Source of the DNA: an uncultured virus (IMG/VR IMGVR_UViG_3300028797_000117)
Taxonomy: Duplodnaviria > Heunggongvirae > Uroviricota > Caudoviricetes
IMG/VR virus record: IMGVR_UViG_3300028797_000117
Length of the DNA: 64,000 bases
Direction: 5' to 3' (one strand)
Shown here: piece by piece, positions 49,804 to 60,154 of the stretch
Position numbering within the stretch: the first letter of the stretch is position 1
How the letters are laid out: every line of letters begins with the position of its first letter
Program-made: the position numbers and the translations under genes
Notes under the pieces: model-generated
The model's database searches: none
What the model was told of the DNA's origin: nothing
What the model saw: only the letters and a program-made list of their open reading frames with translations

Positions 49804-50220
49804 TTAGTTTTTCTTTACCCTAGTTTCAATTAAGTCTAACTTGAACTTTTTACCATTAAATTCAAATGTGATTATCTTACCAACATTCTCTATATTAACA
49901 TTAGTGCAATCAATATCTGCTAAGTATCCAGCTAACCCCGCTATTAAACTTTCCTTATCAGGATTTGGTTTTCTTTCTACTTTCTTTCTCTCTTTTTGTT
50001 TTCTCTCAGCCTTGTGGATAGTAGCAGTTATTTTATTATCCTTTGCTTTTTGTGTTAATTCTTCTTGTTCTTCATTTATTTCATATCCTTCATCTTCAAG
50101 ATATGTTAATATAGCATCTTCTCTATCTAATTCTAATTTATCCATTAAATTTTGGATAGTAGCCTCGCTTATTCTAATTACTTTTCCGTTTTCTAATTTA
50201 TAATCAAACATCTCAATCAC
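49804..50220 (-). CDS. Hypothetical protein, paralog of 47003-47431
   Basis: YLEDEGY...ERKPNPDKE...IENVGKIITF. Confidence 0.7.
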   Translation of the reverse strand: MIEMFDYKLENGKVIRISEATIQNLMDKLELDREDAILTYLEDEGYEINEEQEELTQKAKDNKITATIHKAERKQKERKKVERKPNPDKESLIAGLAGYLADIDCTNVNIENVGKIITFEFNGKKFKLDLIETRVKKN

Positions 50221-50423
50221 CTTTTCCTTTCTCTTAATATATTACAATTACATTCCCGAAATTATAAGTTCTAATATGATATTCTATATCTAATCTGTCG
50301 CGGCGGTCAGTTATACCTTCTAACGCAAACCCCATAGTTATTGGGTCTGAATACCAATATACTTCTTGCTCCATCTTATCAATAACAACATATTTTCTTA
50401 ACATATTTAACACCTACCCTTTC

Positions 50424-50627
50424 CTAATTATTAAATAGACTTCCTGCATATCTTAATGCAATTACATCACCGTTATTATACACATTTTTGTCTAAAATCC
50501 AACCGTGAGTTCCATAACTATAAACTAAGTTACTTAATTGCCACTGCATAGTTGCATAATTTTCATATTTGTAAATTTTATTACCAATTCTGTCAATTAA
50601 AATGTAGTCCTTTCTCATTTTAATCAC
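50424..50627 (-). CDS. Small hypothetical protein
   Basis: Promoter and RBS upstream. Confidence 0.5.
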   Translation of the reverse strand: MIKMRKDYILIDRIGNKIYKYENYATMQWQLSNLVYSYGTHGWILDKNVYNNGDVIALRYAGSLFNN

Positions 50628-50768
50628 CTTTCCCTTTCATAATTTTTTTCTTTTTTATTTATTTTACATATTAATTATATCATAAAATTTTAAAAAAATC
50701 AATAGTTTCGGTATAAAAATTGATAAAAATCGTGCGGAAGCGGTCGGTGAAGGATTTTAAAAGGCGGT

Positions 50769-51620
50769 CTAACTAAGTAGATCCGCCATATATGGTTTAA
50801 GTTTCTCACTTCTAATAGGATTTCTTAACTTTCTTAAAGCTTTTTCTTCAATTTGTCTTATACGCTCCCTAGATAAATTCATAGTTTTACCTACCTCATC
50901 AAGAGTCATAGCATCTGATCCCTCTTCAAGACCATATCTTTTTATTAACACTTCTTTTTCTCTAGGTTCTAAACTATCCATAACCTTATATAGTTGTTCT
51001 CTTAGATCTAGGTTATCTATATTGCTAGATGGAGATTCAAAGCGGAAATCCTCCACAAAATCTAATAAAGTAGTATCATCTTCATCCCCAACAGGAGTAT
51101 CTAATGATATAGAGTTTTGACTAACCTCTAATAAAGATTTAACTTCTAATTCATCTAGCCCCATTATTTTTGCGATTTCTGCTGCTTCAGGTTCTCTACC
51201 ATTCTCAAGAGCAAGTTTACTTTGAAGAGCCTTTATCTTTTTTACTTTCTCATATATATGAGCTGGTAATCTGATCCCCCTAGTTTTATCAACGATAGCT
51301 TTTAAAATACTTTGTTTTATCCACCAAGTTGCATATGTAGAGAATTTATAACCTTTTTCTATATCAAATTTATCAATAGCATTGATTAATCCTAGATTAC
51401 CCTCTTGTATTAAATCTATAAAGCTAATTCCACTAGTTCTATATTTTTTAGCAACAGAAACAACCAATTTTAAGTTTCTATTTATAATTTCATCTTTTAT
51501 TGCGGCGTCCCCGTCTTTAAACTTTTTGAACGCCTCCTTTTCTTCTTCAGGCGTGAAAATTTCATATTGCCCGATAGATTTTAAGTATTCTTGTAATCCA
51601 TTGACACAATTATTATTCAT
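50769..51620 (-). CDS. Phage-encoded RpoD/SigA-like sigma-70 factor lacking region 1.1
   Basis: NLKLVVSVAKKY, DLIQEGNLGL, KGYKFSTYATWWI, SLDTPVG, TLDEVG..SRERIRQIE. Confidence 0.92.
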   Translation of the reverse strand: MNNNCVNGLQEYLKSIGQYEIFTPEEEKEAFKKFKDGDAAIKDEIINRNLKLVVSVAKKYRTSGISFIDLIQEGNLGLINAIDKFDIEKGYKFSTYATWWIKQSILKAIVDKTRGIRLPAHIYEKVKKIKALQSKLALENGREPEAAEIAKIMGLDELEVKSLLEVSQNSISLDTPVGDEDDTTLLDFVEDFRFESPSSNIDNLDLREQLYKVMDSLEPREKEVLIKRYGLEEGSDAMTLDEVGKTMNLSRERIRQIEEKALRKLRNPIRSEKLKPYMADLLS

Positions 51621-51681
51621 TTCAATCCTCCTTATAGTTTAAAAAAGGGTTTTTGCAAACCCTTTTGTTTATTTCTCAAAA

Positions 51682-52026
51682 CTAGTCAGCAATTGTATAG
51701 ATTGTTTTCTTTCCATCTTTAGCTCTTTCTACTCTTCCTGCATCTACTAATTTCTTAACTAAAGCTGAAACTTTTTGATTTGACATTCCTTCAAAGTTAC
51801 CCATTATATCAGCAACTGTAACAGCTCCGTTTGTAGCAACGATGAATTCATAGATGTCTTCTACAAGTCCTTCATTAGCGATTTGAGTTTTAGTCTTAGC
51901 AGTTCTTTTCTTAGAAGCTAGCTCGATTTGTCTATCTAAGAAAGCTACATAATCAGCTTCATTAGCATCTCCTTTAACAAATCCTTTTAAGTTTTCAAAA
52001 TATTGTTTCTTAGTCATTTTTTCCAT
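51682..52026 (-). CDS. Winged-helix paralog family, copy 4
   Basis: RQIELASKK...SNQKVSALVKKLVD. Confidence 0.75.
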   Translation of the reverse strand: MEKMTKKQYFENLKGFVKGDANEADYVAFLDRQIELASKKRTAKTKTQIANEGLVEDIYEFIVATNGAVTVADIMGNFEGMSNQKVSALVKKLVDAGRVERAKDGKKTIYTIAD

Positions 52027-52446
52027 TATAATCCACTCTCCTTTTCTTTCTATATTTTTTTAATGACTTTGTAAATATTCCTTTCTTATTTACATATAAA
52101 TTATATAATATTTTTTAATAAAAATCAATTTAGTTAGCTTTTATCAGGTTCTCCTAAAGCCGTGTACCCTGCGGGATAAGCTATAACCTCTAAACACTCT
52201 ACTACGCCCACATTTATACTGTCCCTGTAGCCGACAGTTTATATATATAACTTTTGGTTGACATTCCCGCTATAACGCAAGGATTAGTTAACGCGTGCAG
52301 TTATCGCCTAAGTAAGGTTCAATCTTATTCCGTATGACAATATTTGAAATACTGCGGGAAGATTGATAGAAACCAGATTTATATATAGACAGAGTCTTTT
52401 GATAAAGGAGAGAACCTGTTATGTAGAACTCCTAGCCCCCTATATA

Positions 52447-52809
52447 TTAGTTAGCTACTGAGAAGTATGATTTTCCTTTTTCAGTTACTTTTACAACTCT
52501 TTCTGTGTCTACTAATTTCTTTAATAGAGCAGATGCTTTTTGATTAGACATTTCTAAGTTTGAAGCAGTTAAGAATTCACTAACTGTTACTGGATTACTG
52601 ATTTCTGCTAATGCATTATATACAGTTTCAACTAATTCAAGATTTTCTTTTTGAGTTTTAGTTAAAGATGTATGACTAGCTCTTTTATCTAGTAATTCAA
52701 CTTCGTGGTCTATGAAAGCAACTAAATCTGTTCTATTTAAGTTTTCAGCGATTTCTCTTAAAGATGCAAAGTTTTCTCTTTTAGTTATTTTCTTTTCCAT
52801 TATAATCAA
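52447..52809 (-). CDS. Winged-helix paralog family, copy 5
   Basis: HEVELLDKR...SNQKASALLKKLVD. Confidence 0.75.
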   Translation of the reverse strand: MIIMEKKITKRENFASLREIAENLNRTDLVAFIDHEVELLDKRASHTSLTKTQKENLELVETVYNALAEISNPVTVSEFLTASNLEMSNQKASALLKKLVDTERVVKVTEKGKSYFSVAN

Positions 52810-53183
52810 TTCCTTTCCATAAATATTTAGGTTTGGAAGAACTCCTATAAACTTAATCTATATAAAGCAAGGACTTTTCAACCTTCGTACGATATTGATT
52901 GATTAAACTGGATTTACACCATCGCACAGTTTTATTTTTGCTTTATTTCCATATTTATTATATCATATTTTTTTTATTATGTAAAATATTTTTCATATTT
53001 TCTTATAGATATGTTTAATAGTTTTTCGGAAGCGTGTTACTAAATTACACCACTGCTCGTCAGCCTTTGCCTCAATTCTCGTGAGGAATTCTTCCATATC
53101 TATTAAGCATATTTATAAGAAAATATAATTACTTTTCTTATTTACATTATAATTATATAATATTTTTTAATAAAAATCAATAA

Positions 53184-53447
53184 TTAATCAAGATAGTCAG
53201 CAAGTTTATCTTCAGCTGCCTCCATAATATCTTCATTAACAATACCCCTAATATAATCATTACCGAAGTAATCTTCTTCAATTATATTGTCTAATATTTC
53301 ATCAACAGCCTCATCTATTTCAGTAAGTCCAATACTATATGCTATCATTGCCTTATATAGTTCATTGATTTCCTCTTGATTACACTCTCTATTTAGACTA
53401 TCTAATAATTCATTTGCTGTCCATTTTGTATTTTTCATAATTATCAC
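53184..53447 (-). CDS. Small acidic protein
   Basis: Own TTGATT/TATAAT promoter and RBS; strongly Asp/Glu-rich. Confidence 0.6.
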   Translation of the reverse strand: MIIMKNTKWTANELLDSLNRECNQEEINELYKAMIAYSIGLTEIDEAVDEILDNIIEEDYFGNDYIRGIVNEDIMEAAEDKLADYLD

Positions 53448-53856
53448 TTTCCTTTCTTATTATATATATATTATATAATAATTTTATTTAAAAAATCAAA
53501 GGTTATTCTTTACTTGACCTATCAAGGTCTTTCAACCGTAACCAACGGATATCACACTTACGCTAGTAGTGAACACATTATATATAAAGAGTGCTAAAAC
53601 TCTTTTTAGGAATATTATTGCTGGAATAATGCCCCTAAGAAAAGTTTTAGCAACTTTTCTTTTTAGGAGTTTCATATGCCATTAGTTTCTTTTCAATTTC
53701 CAATAGCTCAATACCTATCTTATCAAGTTCCTTGTCATCAGCTTTTAAAATCTCCATTTGGATTTCGTGTAGCCTCTTAATCAATTTTTTCTTCATAAAA
53801 TACCATCTCCTTTATTTATATAACAATTATATAATAATTTTTTATAAAAATAAAGT

Positions 53857-54120
53857 TTACTTTCTAGGACTAGATGATAGGAAGCTTACCTTTTCAGCAT
53901 ATATTTTATTATGAGTTTCAATATGACCTTTTACTCCAACCATATCGCCTTTTTTACAATATTCTTTAACATTTTGTGCGATATTACCCTTCATAAAGAA
54001 TTCTATTCTATATGTATCATATACCCCTTCTTTATTCTTAAAAGTTGCGGGTACAGCTAGAATAAACCTATCAGGTTTAATTGCTCATAATCTCCCAACT
54101 ATTACAAGTTGGTTAAGCAC
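53857..54120 (-). CDS. ssb: Short single-stranded DNA-binding protein, 87 aa (code 4; absent from the track)
   Basis: GTG start after AGGAGG. MLNQLVIVGRL*AIK...LAVPATFKNKEGVYDT...YCKKGDMVGVKGHI...AEKVSFLSS. TGA at 54085-54087. Confidence 0.75.
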
Positions 54121-54226
54121 TTCAATTCCCTCCTTTTTCTTTATATAAATATTATATAATATTTTTTAATAAAAATAAAATGAAATGCGGAAACCCCGAT
54201 CAAATCTACATTGATCGGGATCTATA

Positions 54227-55729
54227 TTAATTATTATCTGCGTTTATTGTATATCCTCTCCAAACATCTGTATTATAGTCTGTATTCCAAGACCAAGTTG
54301 TCATTTCTCTTAAAGTGTTATCCATTGAATTAACAAGCTCTCTTTGATTTTCTAATTGTTGTTCTATTTGATGGAAACGGCAACCTTCACATTGACCTCC
54401 ACAATGAACCATATTATCATTATATGGGTCAAATACATCTTCGCCCTCTTCTTCAGCATCTCTAGCATTTGGACAATATGTTCTTGTTCCTCTATCCATT
54501 TGTTCTTGACATAATGCATTATCTCTATTCCAATATACACAATCATCACAATCTTCACTTTCGCAATAATCATCTATTAAATCACAATAATGGCGGTAAT
54601 CACATTCTTCATAATTTTCTCTACGAAGTCCTTCTCCATTATATCTAAACTCTTCATCTTCTTCATATCCACTAGTTGGAATTAAATTATCTCCACATCC
54701 ATCTGGACATTTTATTGGAGTATCATATACAACTATTTTTTGACTTTCAGCATCGCTTTGTGTCCACATATAACAATCACTAAATTCTCCATATCCATAA
54801 TTTATATACCAATTTACATAAGATGTAGCTCTTTTCCACATATTTCTAATACCTAATTTATCACAGATATATTTTTCTACTACACCCCTTATTTCTTTCT
54901 CAAAACTTTCGCTATAATTGCTCTTGCCCGGATATATAGTATTAAAATGAATTGTTTTCATATCTTCAGATACTGCGATCCACATTCTCATTCTTTTATA
55001 TCTAACATTTTTTAATTCAAAATTATTATAAAGATTTAATTTTCCTTCATTATTCCAAACATATGTTATCATAGAAGTTTTATCAAGTACAGCTGCGATA
55101 CAACCATCAGCATGGCACTCATAAAAATCTCTTTCTAATCTATAACAAGAAGTCCAACCATATGGGTTTTCACTGGCTGTCATCATATCAACTGGGTCAA
55201 TAGAAATAGTAAAGTTTGCGGCAATTGATGTATTTTCAAATACTTTTCCTATTTCAGTTGTTACTTCATCTGGAGCAGATAAATATCTTTTAAAGAAGTG
55301 AGTTAAAGTCATTCCATCTACATTTAAGTCACCTAAAGCCTCTGCTATTTTTTCTTCATCTCTATATGCTAAATAATCTTTTTCAATTTTATTCTTTCTT
55401 ACCCCATCAAAAAGTTTGAACCAAAAATAATATGCAGGATATTGCTTTCCTATTTCTTTTAATTTATCTCCAAACTTTGTATCAGTATCAACATAATTAT
55501 ATGGAATATCTATTTTTATATCCCCCATAAAATCAAAAAATCTTTTTTTATTAATAGCCCAATGAGTTAAATATTCTTCAATAACTACATCAGATACTTC
55601 GTTCATATCTAGCCCTGATACTTGAGCAATACATTTAGTAAAGTCCGGAATATTTACCTTTCTTAACATAGGTGCATATTCTTCCCCTAATTTGTCTATT
55701 AAAGTATTTGTTTTTAACATAATAATCAT
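54227..55729 (-). CDS. Hypothetical protein with Cys-rich C-terminus
   Basis: 500 aa; ISIDPVDMMTASENPYGWTSCY; multiple CxxC-like motifs. Confidence 0.75.
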   Translation of the reverse strand: MIIMLKTNTLIDKLGEEYAPMLRKVNIPDFTKCIAQVSGLDMNEVSDVVIEEYLTHWAINKKRFFDFMGDIKIDIPYNYVDTDTKFGDKLKEIGKQYPAYYFWFKLFDGVRKNKIEKDYLAYRDEEKIAEALGDLNVDGMTLTHFFKRYLSAPDEVTTEIGKVFENTSIAANFTISIDPVDMMTASENPYGWTSCYRLERDFYECHADGCIAAVLDKTSMITYVWNNEGKLNLYNNFELKNVRYKRMRMWIAVSEDMKTIHFNTIYPGKSNYSESFEKEIRGVVEKYICDKLGIRNMWKRATSYVNWYINYGYGEFSDCYMWTQSDAESQKIVVYDTPIKCPDGCGDNLIPTSGYEEDEEFRYNGEGLRRENYEECDYRHYCDLIDDYCESEDCDDCVYWNRDNALCQEQMDRGTRTYCPNARDAEEEGEDVFDPYNDNMVHCGGQCEGCRFHQIEQQLENQRELVNSMDNTLREMTTWSWNTDYNTDVWRGYTINADNN

Positions 55730-55807
55730 CTCCCTTTCCTAATTATTATCTTTATTTTTTATTTACATATATATTATAATATAAATAATAAAAAAAATCA
55801 ACAAAAA

Positions 55808-56122
55808 TTATTTATGTTGATTTTTATAATTTAAATAACGATATAAATTCTTTTCAATTAAAGATATTTCTTTATCCATATGAGTACATACATAAAGTAA
55901 ATCATCTGAATGTATATGCCACAATTCACATATATCTTCATAATCATCAAATTCTGTTTTTAAATCTGGATCTTTTACATATACTGTGAAAGAACAATCT
56001 GATTTCTCAATATATAAATCAATATTTTTAGTATATAATTCATGCCCTAGTGCAATATTTATATACCCTTCTAATTGTTTATATAAAAACTCTAATATTA
56101 TTTTTTCAATAGCCGCTTTCAT
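55808..56122 (-). CDS. Hypothetical protein
   Basis: Directly downstream of the RNA ligase. Confidence 0.55.
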   Translation of the reverse strand: MKAAIEKIILEFLYKQLEGYINIALGHELYTKNIDLYIEKSDCSFTVYVKDPDLKTEFDDYEDICELWHIHSDDLLYVCTHMDKEISLIEKNLYRYLNYKNQHK

Positions 56123-56123
56123 A

Positions 56124-57332
56124 TTAATTTCCGTATTTAGAAGTTAGATAGAAGTTAGACACTGCTTTAAAAGAATTAACCCCATCATAAGTTCTTAATA
56201 CTACTCCTTCTCTATAATCTCCATCAACAGTAGAATCTCCATCTGCATATGCTACCATTTCTTCTATTGTATTAGGTAGGCGGAAATGCTCGTCTAAGAT
56301 AGGTACACATGGAATCTGATATAAATCTAACCAATCTGTCATTTCTCTTGGATTTAATCTTTCAACCCTACCGTCTTTATGCCCGAATATTAAATTAAAT
56401 GCTTTAAAATCTACATCATCCATATGATAATCTCTTTGTTGAATTCCTTTACCATATGTTTCCCCTTGTATAGTTACAAAAGTTATATCATTTCCTGATG
56501 TATATAATAAATTATGAAGAACAAATTCCATATTATATTTTTCAGCCATTTGAGTATAAACATTTGTTTCATAAAAACATTGTTTTTCGGGTTTATCAAA
56601 TACTACATTTCTTGAGCATACATAAAATTCATATTTATTTCTTCTACCTTTTTTCATAGTAAATGTAGTTGATGTTCCATCTATCTTTTCTGTTACAAAC
56701 CACTCTGTATCGTCTCCTGGAAATAATTGAGGTAAGTTTTGAACTCTTTCTTCATCTGTTTTTACTACCCACTCAGGCCAGAATGAAGCTTTAGCATCGT
56801 GTCTATTTCCTAAAAATAAGAATAATACTTTTTTGCCCCAATTTTTATTATATAAAGTTCTTAATAATTTATATTTAGCAAATAATTTAGCATTTCTTTG
56901 TTTCATTCTTGCATATTTATTTACTGTTGCTTTTCTTTTATTATCATCACCAATTGCATATGTAACCCCTAATTCAGTTGTTACAAAATCTCCTACTTGA
57001 TGAGGGTCATCCATTTCCCAACCTAAATCTGCAAAAGGTATAAGTAAACCTTGAGATACAAAATTTCCTTTACCACCAAATGTATATTTTTGAGTTTTTA
57101 CTTTATAATGTTTTGGAGCTAGAAATTGTGCCCATTCAGCAGACTCAGGTAGTTTTGAATCTATTTCAAAATAAACTGCAATAGATCCAGGTAAGAAAGT
57201 GTTCTTTCTAACCATAATATTCCATCCCCCAACAACAGCACATTCACAATTATCTGAACCTGTTATTGGGCGGATATCATCTATATTAACTATATATGCT
57301 AATTCTCTTTGTTTTGTATTTGGATTTATCAT
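56124..57332 (-). CDS. ATP-dependent RNA ligase (DRB0094/Rnl5-like) with N-terminal OB fold
   Basis: Motif I VTEKIDGTS; VCSRN, IQGE, REGVVLR, SFKAVS; N-terminal RELAY...VYFEIDS...SQGL. Confidence 0.85.
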   Translation of the reverse strand: MINPNTKQRELAYIVNIDDIRPITGSDNCECAVVGGWNIMVRKNTFLPGSIAVYFEIDSKLPESAEWAQFLAPKHYKVKTQKYTFGGKGNFVSQGLLIPFADLGWEMDDPHQVGDFVTTELGVTYAIGDDNKRKATVNKYARMKQRNAKLFAKYKLLRTLYNKNWGKKVLFLFLGNRHDAKASFWPEWVVKTDEERVQNLPQLFPGDDTEWFVTEKIDGTSTTFTMKKGRRNKYEFYVCSRNVVFDKPEKQCFYETNVYTQMAEKYNMEFVLHNLLYTSGNDITFVTIQGETYGKGIQQRDYHMDDVDFKAFNLIFGHKDGRVERLNPREMTDWLDLYQIPCVPILDEHFRLPNTIEEMVAYADGDSTVDGDYREGVVLRTYDGVNSFKAVSNFYLTSKYGN

Positions 57333-57376
57333 AATTCTTCACCTTTCCTTTTTATATAAATATTATACTATATATT

Positions 57377-58069
57377 TTATTGTAATTCAATAAAATCTTC
57401 ATATAAACAAGTAAATTGGTCTGTTAAATTAATATTCATATGATAATGACCAAAATACCAATGTTTAAAAGTAATTTTATTTTTTAATTTTTCTAACATT
57501 TGTTCTGATACGTGAGTTATATCTCTCATTTCGCCCCCATGTTGGCATAAAAACCCTCTATGAGAATTAAAAATACTATATGGACAACAATGAGTAAATA
57601 CATAATCATATTCACCTACTATATTTTCTATATTTTTTTCAGTTATTTGTTCCTGCGGCCACCAGCTTTTACCTTCTACACGCCACGCTCTATCAATGCT
57701 ATCAGCGCCGCCTAAAAATAGCATATGTGCTGGTTTTCCATTTATATCCACAATCATATCAGTTCCTCTACTTACATAAGTAATATGTTCAGAACATTTA
57801 TGCATAGGCTTTTTAAATGTATCAATGATATCAAAATTTTCATGATTACCATCGATCCAATATAAATTAACCCCATTACAATATCTTTCATAGTTTAAAA
57901 TACTCGCTTGAGCATCTTTTTGGTCTTTATCCCAATAAATACCCATATCGCCACAAACTACAATATTACTTTCAGAACCTAAATCAAATCGCCAAATAAA
58001 TTGTAATATTTTCATTAAACTACCGTGACAGTCGCCTGTTACAAACCAACGATTTTCCATAGTAATCAC
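57377..58069 (-). CDS. Calcineurin-like metallophosphoesterase
   Basis: GDCHG, CGDMG, DGNHE, GGADSID, THCCP, FGHYH. Confidence 0.9.
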   Translation of the reverse strand: MITMENRWFVTGDCHGSLMKILQFIWRFDLGSESNIVVCGDMGIYWDKDQKDAQASILNYERYCNGVNLYWIDGNHENFDIIDTFKKPMHKCSEHITYVSRGTDMIVDINGKPAHMLFLGGADSIDRAWRVEGKSWWPQEQITEKNIENIVGEYDYVFTHCCPYSIFNSHRGFLCQHGGEMRDITHVSEQMLEKLKNKITFKHWYFGHYHMNINLTDQFTCLYEDFIELQ

Positions 58070-58294
58070 TACTCCTTTCTTTTCATTATATATATATTAT
58101 ATAATAATTTAATAGAAAAATCAACAAATAAAAAAGAGGGCGGAAAGCCGCCCTACGGAAAGGGATTGAAATTGTAAATGAGGGTGAGGAGATTTCCTCA
58201 AAGATTAAAAATCTTATATATCTCATTTACATATATATTATAAGAAAAATTTTTCTTTATGTCAAAATAAAAATCAGTTATAAACTGATTTTAA

Positions 58295-58925
58295 TAAAAA
58301 TTAATGTATGCCTAACTCTGGTACATACTCGAGGAAACCCATTAAATTGAACCAAGTAGCCCTAAGGCTCGATCATCCTGATTTATACAATTTCTATTTC
58401 TATACCGCCAGTTCAGTCCATTCAGCTGCGTATTGTTACTCTATGGTAGTCGCAAGCACACTGTCCTCTTCCCTCTGGTCCCGGTTTAATAATTATGAAA
58501 GGTAATTCGTCTGGGACATATATTTCCTAACGAGAGTCGGCTACTAAGTAGCATTGGTTTCTTTATTTAAAGACGCTTCACCATTTACTCTCTGTTTGGT
58601 TATAAGGTATGCCATTGAACAAATTAATACTCGCAAAATAGACAATGTCTGAAATGAGATTTACATAATTTGCTCAATGCCATATCTTATAAAGATATGA
58701 CTTTTTATTAGGAAGTCCTAAAACCCCCTATAAACAAACTTTAGTAGGCACCTGACTAACCAGTAATATTTATCGCTTTGTGTAAAGTTTGTTTATATGA
58801 AGTTTTAGTTTTACGATGCACACCCGAACCATGCAAACAGTGTACTGGAGAAGTCCTATATAGTATCTTCTCGCCTCCAAAAATAAGTAAGTGAGTGATA
58901 ATTTACAATTAAATTAATAATTGTT
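58295..58925 (-). ncRNA. Candidate large (~630 nt) structured ncRNA
   Basis: TTGATA-17-TATAAT promoter at 58932-58960 and a hairpin at 58271-58292 bracket it. No credible CDS, raised GC, several hairpins. Confidence 0.5.
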
Positions 58926-58971
58926 ATATATATTATAAGATAAAATTTTCATTTTATCAAATAATCTCAAA

Positions 58972-59049
<78 letters not shown>

Positions 59050-59465
59050 ATATTAAGAGGTCTATTTTGCACCCGACCCAAGGCTGGTTTCATGTTGCTT
59101 TTTTTATGGAGTTAGAACATCACCACCGCAGTCTCTCCAATAAATCAAAGTTTAGTTTTTATTATTAATTCCTTTTATGGAGAATTATTTGGAAAACTAT
59201 AACCGTTCATCCTAACAACCAAATGAATGGACTTATTGCCGTAGTTTTTGATAAAGGAGAACCTCTGTTTAAGCATTACCCTGTTCATTCAGTGGGTTTC
59301 ACAAACTCCAAAAATTAAATTTTTTCTTTTTTCTTTACAAGAATATTATATAATAATTTTTTTAGAAAATCAATTAAAATTTTAATTGATTTGCTTTGCA
59401 AAATTTCTTTTCTTCTCTTTTTTTATTTACATATATATTATATAATAATTTTTTAAAAAAATCAA

Positions 59466-60029
59466 TTATTTTTTAACTTTTTTAGAATAAGTATCTATCA
59501 AGGTTTCAGCTTCTTGTTCAGACAATAACCAATTTCTATTAATATATACCCCTTCTAAATAAATAGTGTTTAAGTTTTTATTGATTTCTCTTAATTTAGA
59601 TAAAGTTATATACCCCAAATGTCTTTCAAAATAATAGGTTTCCCCATCAAGATTTAATTTATTTGCGGCAACTATTACATAAACTTTATCTTTTATAGCA
59701 TCATAGGTGCTAGTATCATCTTTTTGTTTTCTTTTAATAATTATTAATCTTTTCTTCACAAGAGTATCTAAATTATAGTCTGCAATTTGAAAACCATCTT
59801 GCTTTACTTCTCTAACTTTTTCAACAATAGCTCTGTCTATTAAATCATTTTGTGTTGCGGTTCCTATTGTAGTATATGTGCCATCTATATTAATTTGATA
59901 ATATTCATAAGTAATGCGGAAGCCGGCGTATAAACCTACTATAACCGCGATCAATGCACATATACAAGATATAATAATTATCTTTTTCCAATTTATCTTC
60001 TTTTTATTCTTTAATACTATTGTCTCCAT
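59466..60029 (-). CDS. Single-TM membrane-anchored protein
   Basis: Basic N-terminus followed by IIIISCICALIAVIVGLYAGF. Confidence 0.6.
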   Translation of the reverse strand: METIVLKNKKKINWKKIIIISCICALIAVIVGLYAGFRITYEYYQINIDGTYTTIGTATQNDLIDRAIVEKVREVKQDGFQIADYNLDTLVKKRLIIIKRKQKDDTSTYDAIKDKVYVIVAANKLNLDGETYYFERHLGYITLSKLREINKNLNTIYLEGVYINRNWLLSEQEAETLIDTYSKKVKK

Positions 60030-60154
60030 CTCAAACCCCTTTGTCAAAGATTTAGAGATGCAGACTGCATCTCTACACTATATTTTCTTTGGAAGAAATG
60101 AAAATATGAAATTGTTATTATTTAAAGCATTACAATTTCGCTTATAAATATTAA

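Noticed and set aside
58295..58925. Group I or group II intron
   Set aside because: No interrupted host gene, and I could not find paired P7 (R/S) elements or a domain V motif.
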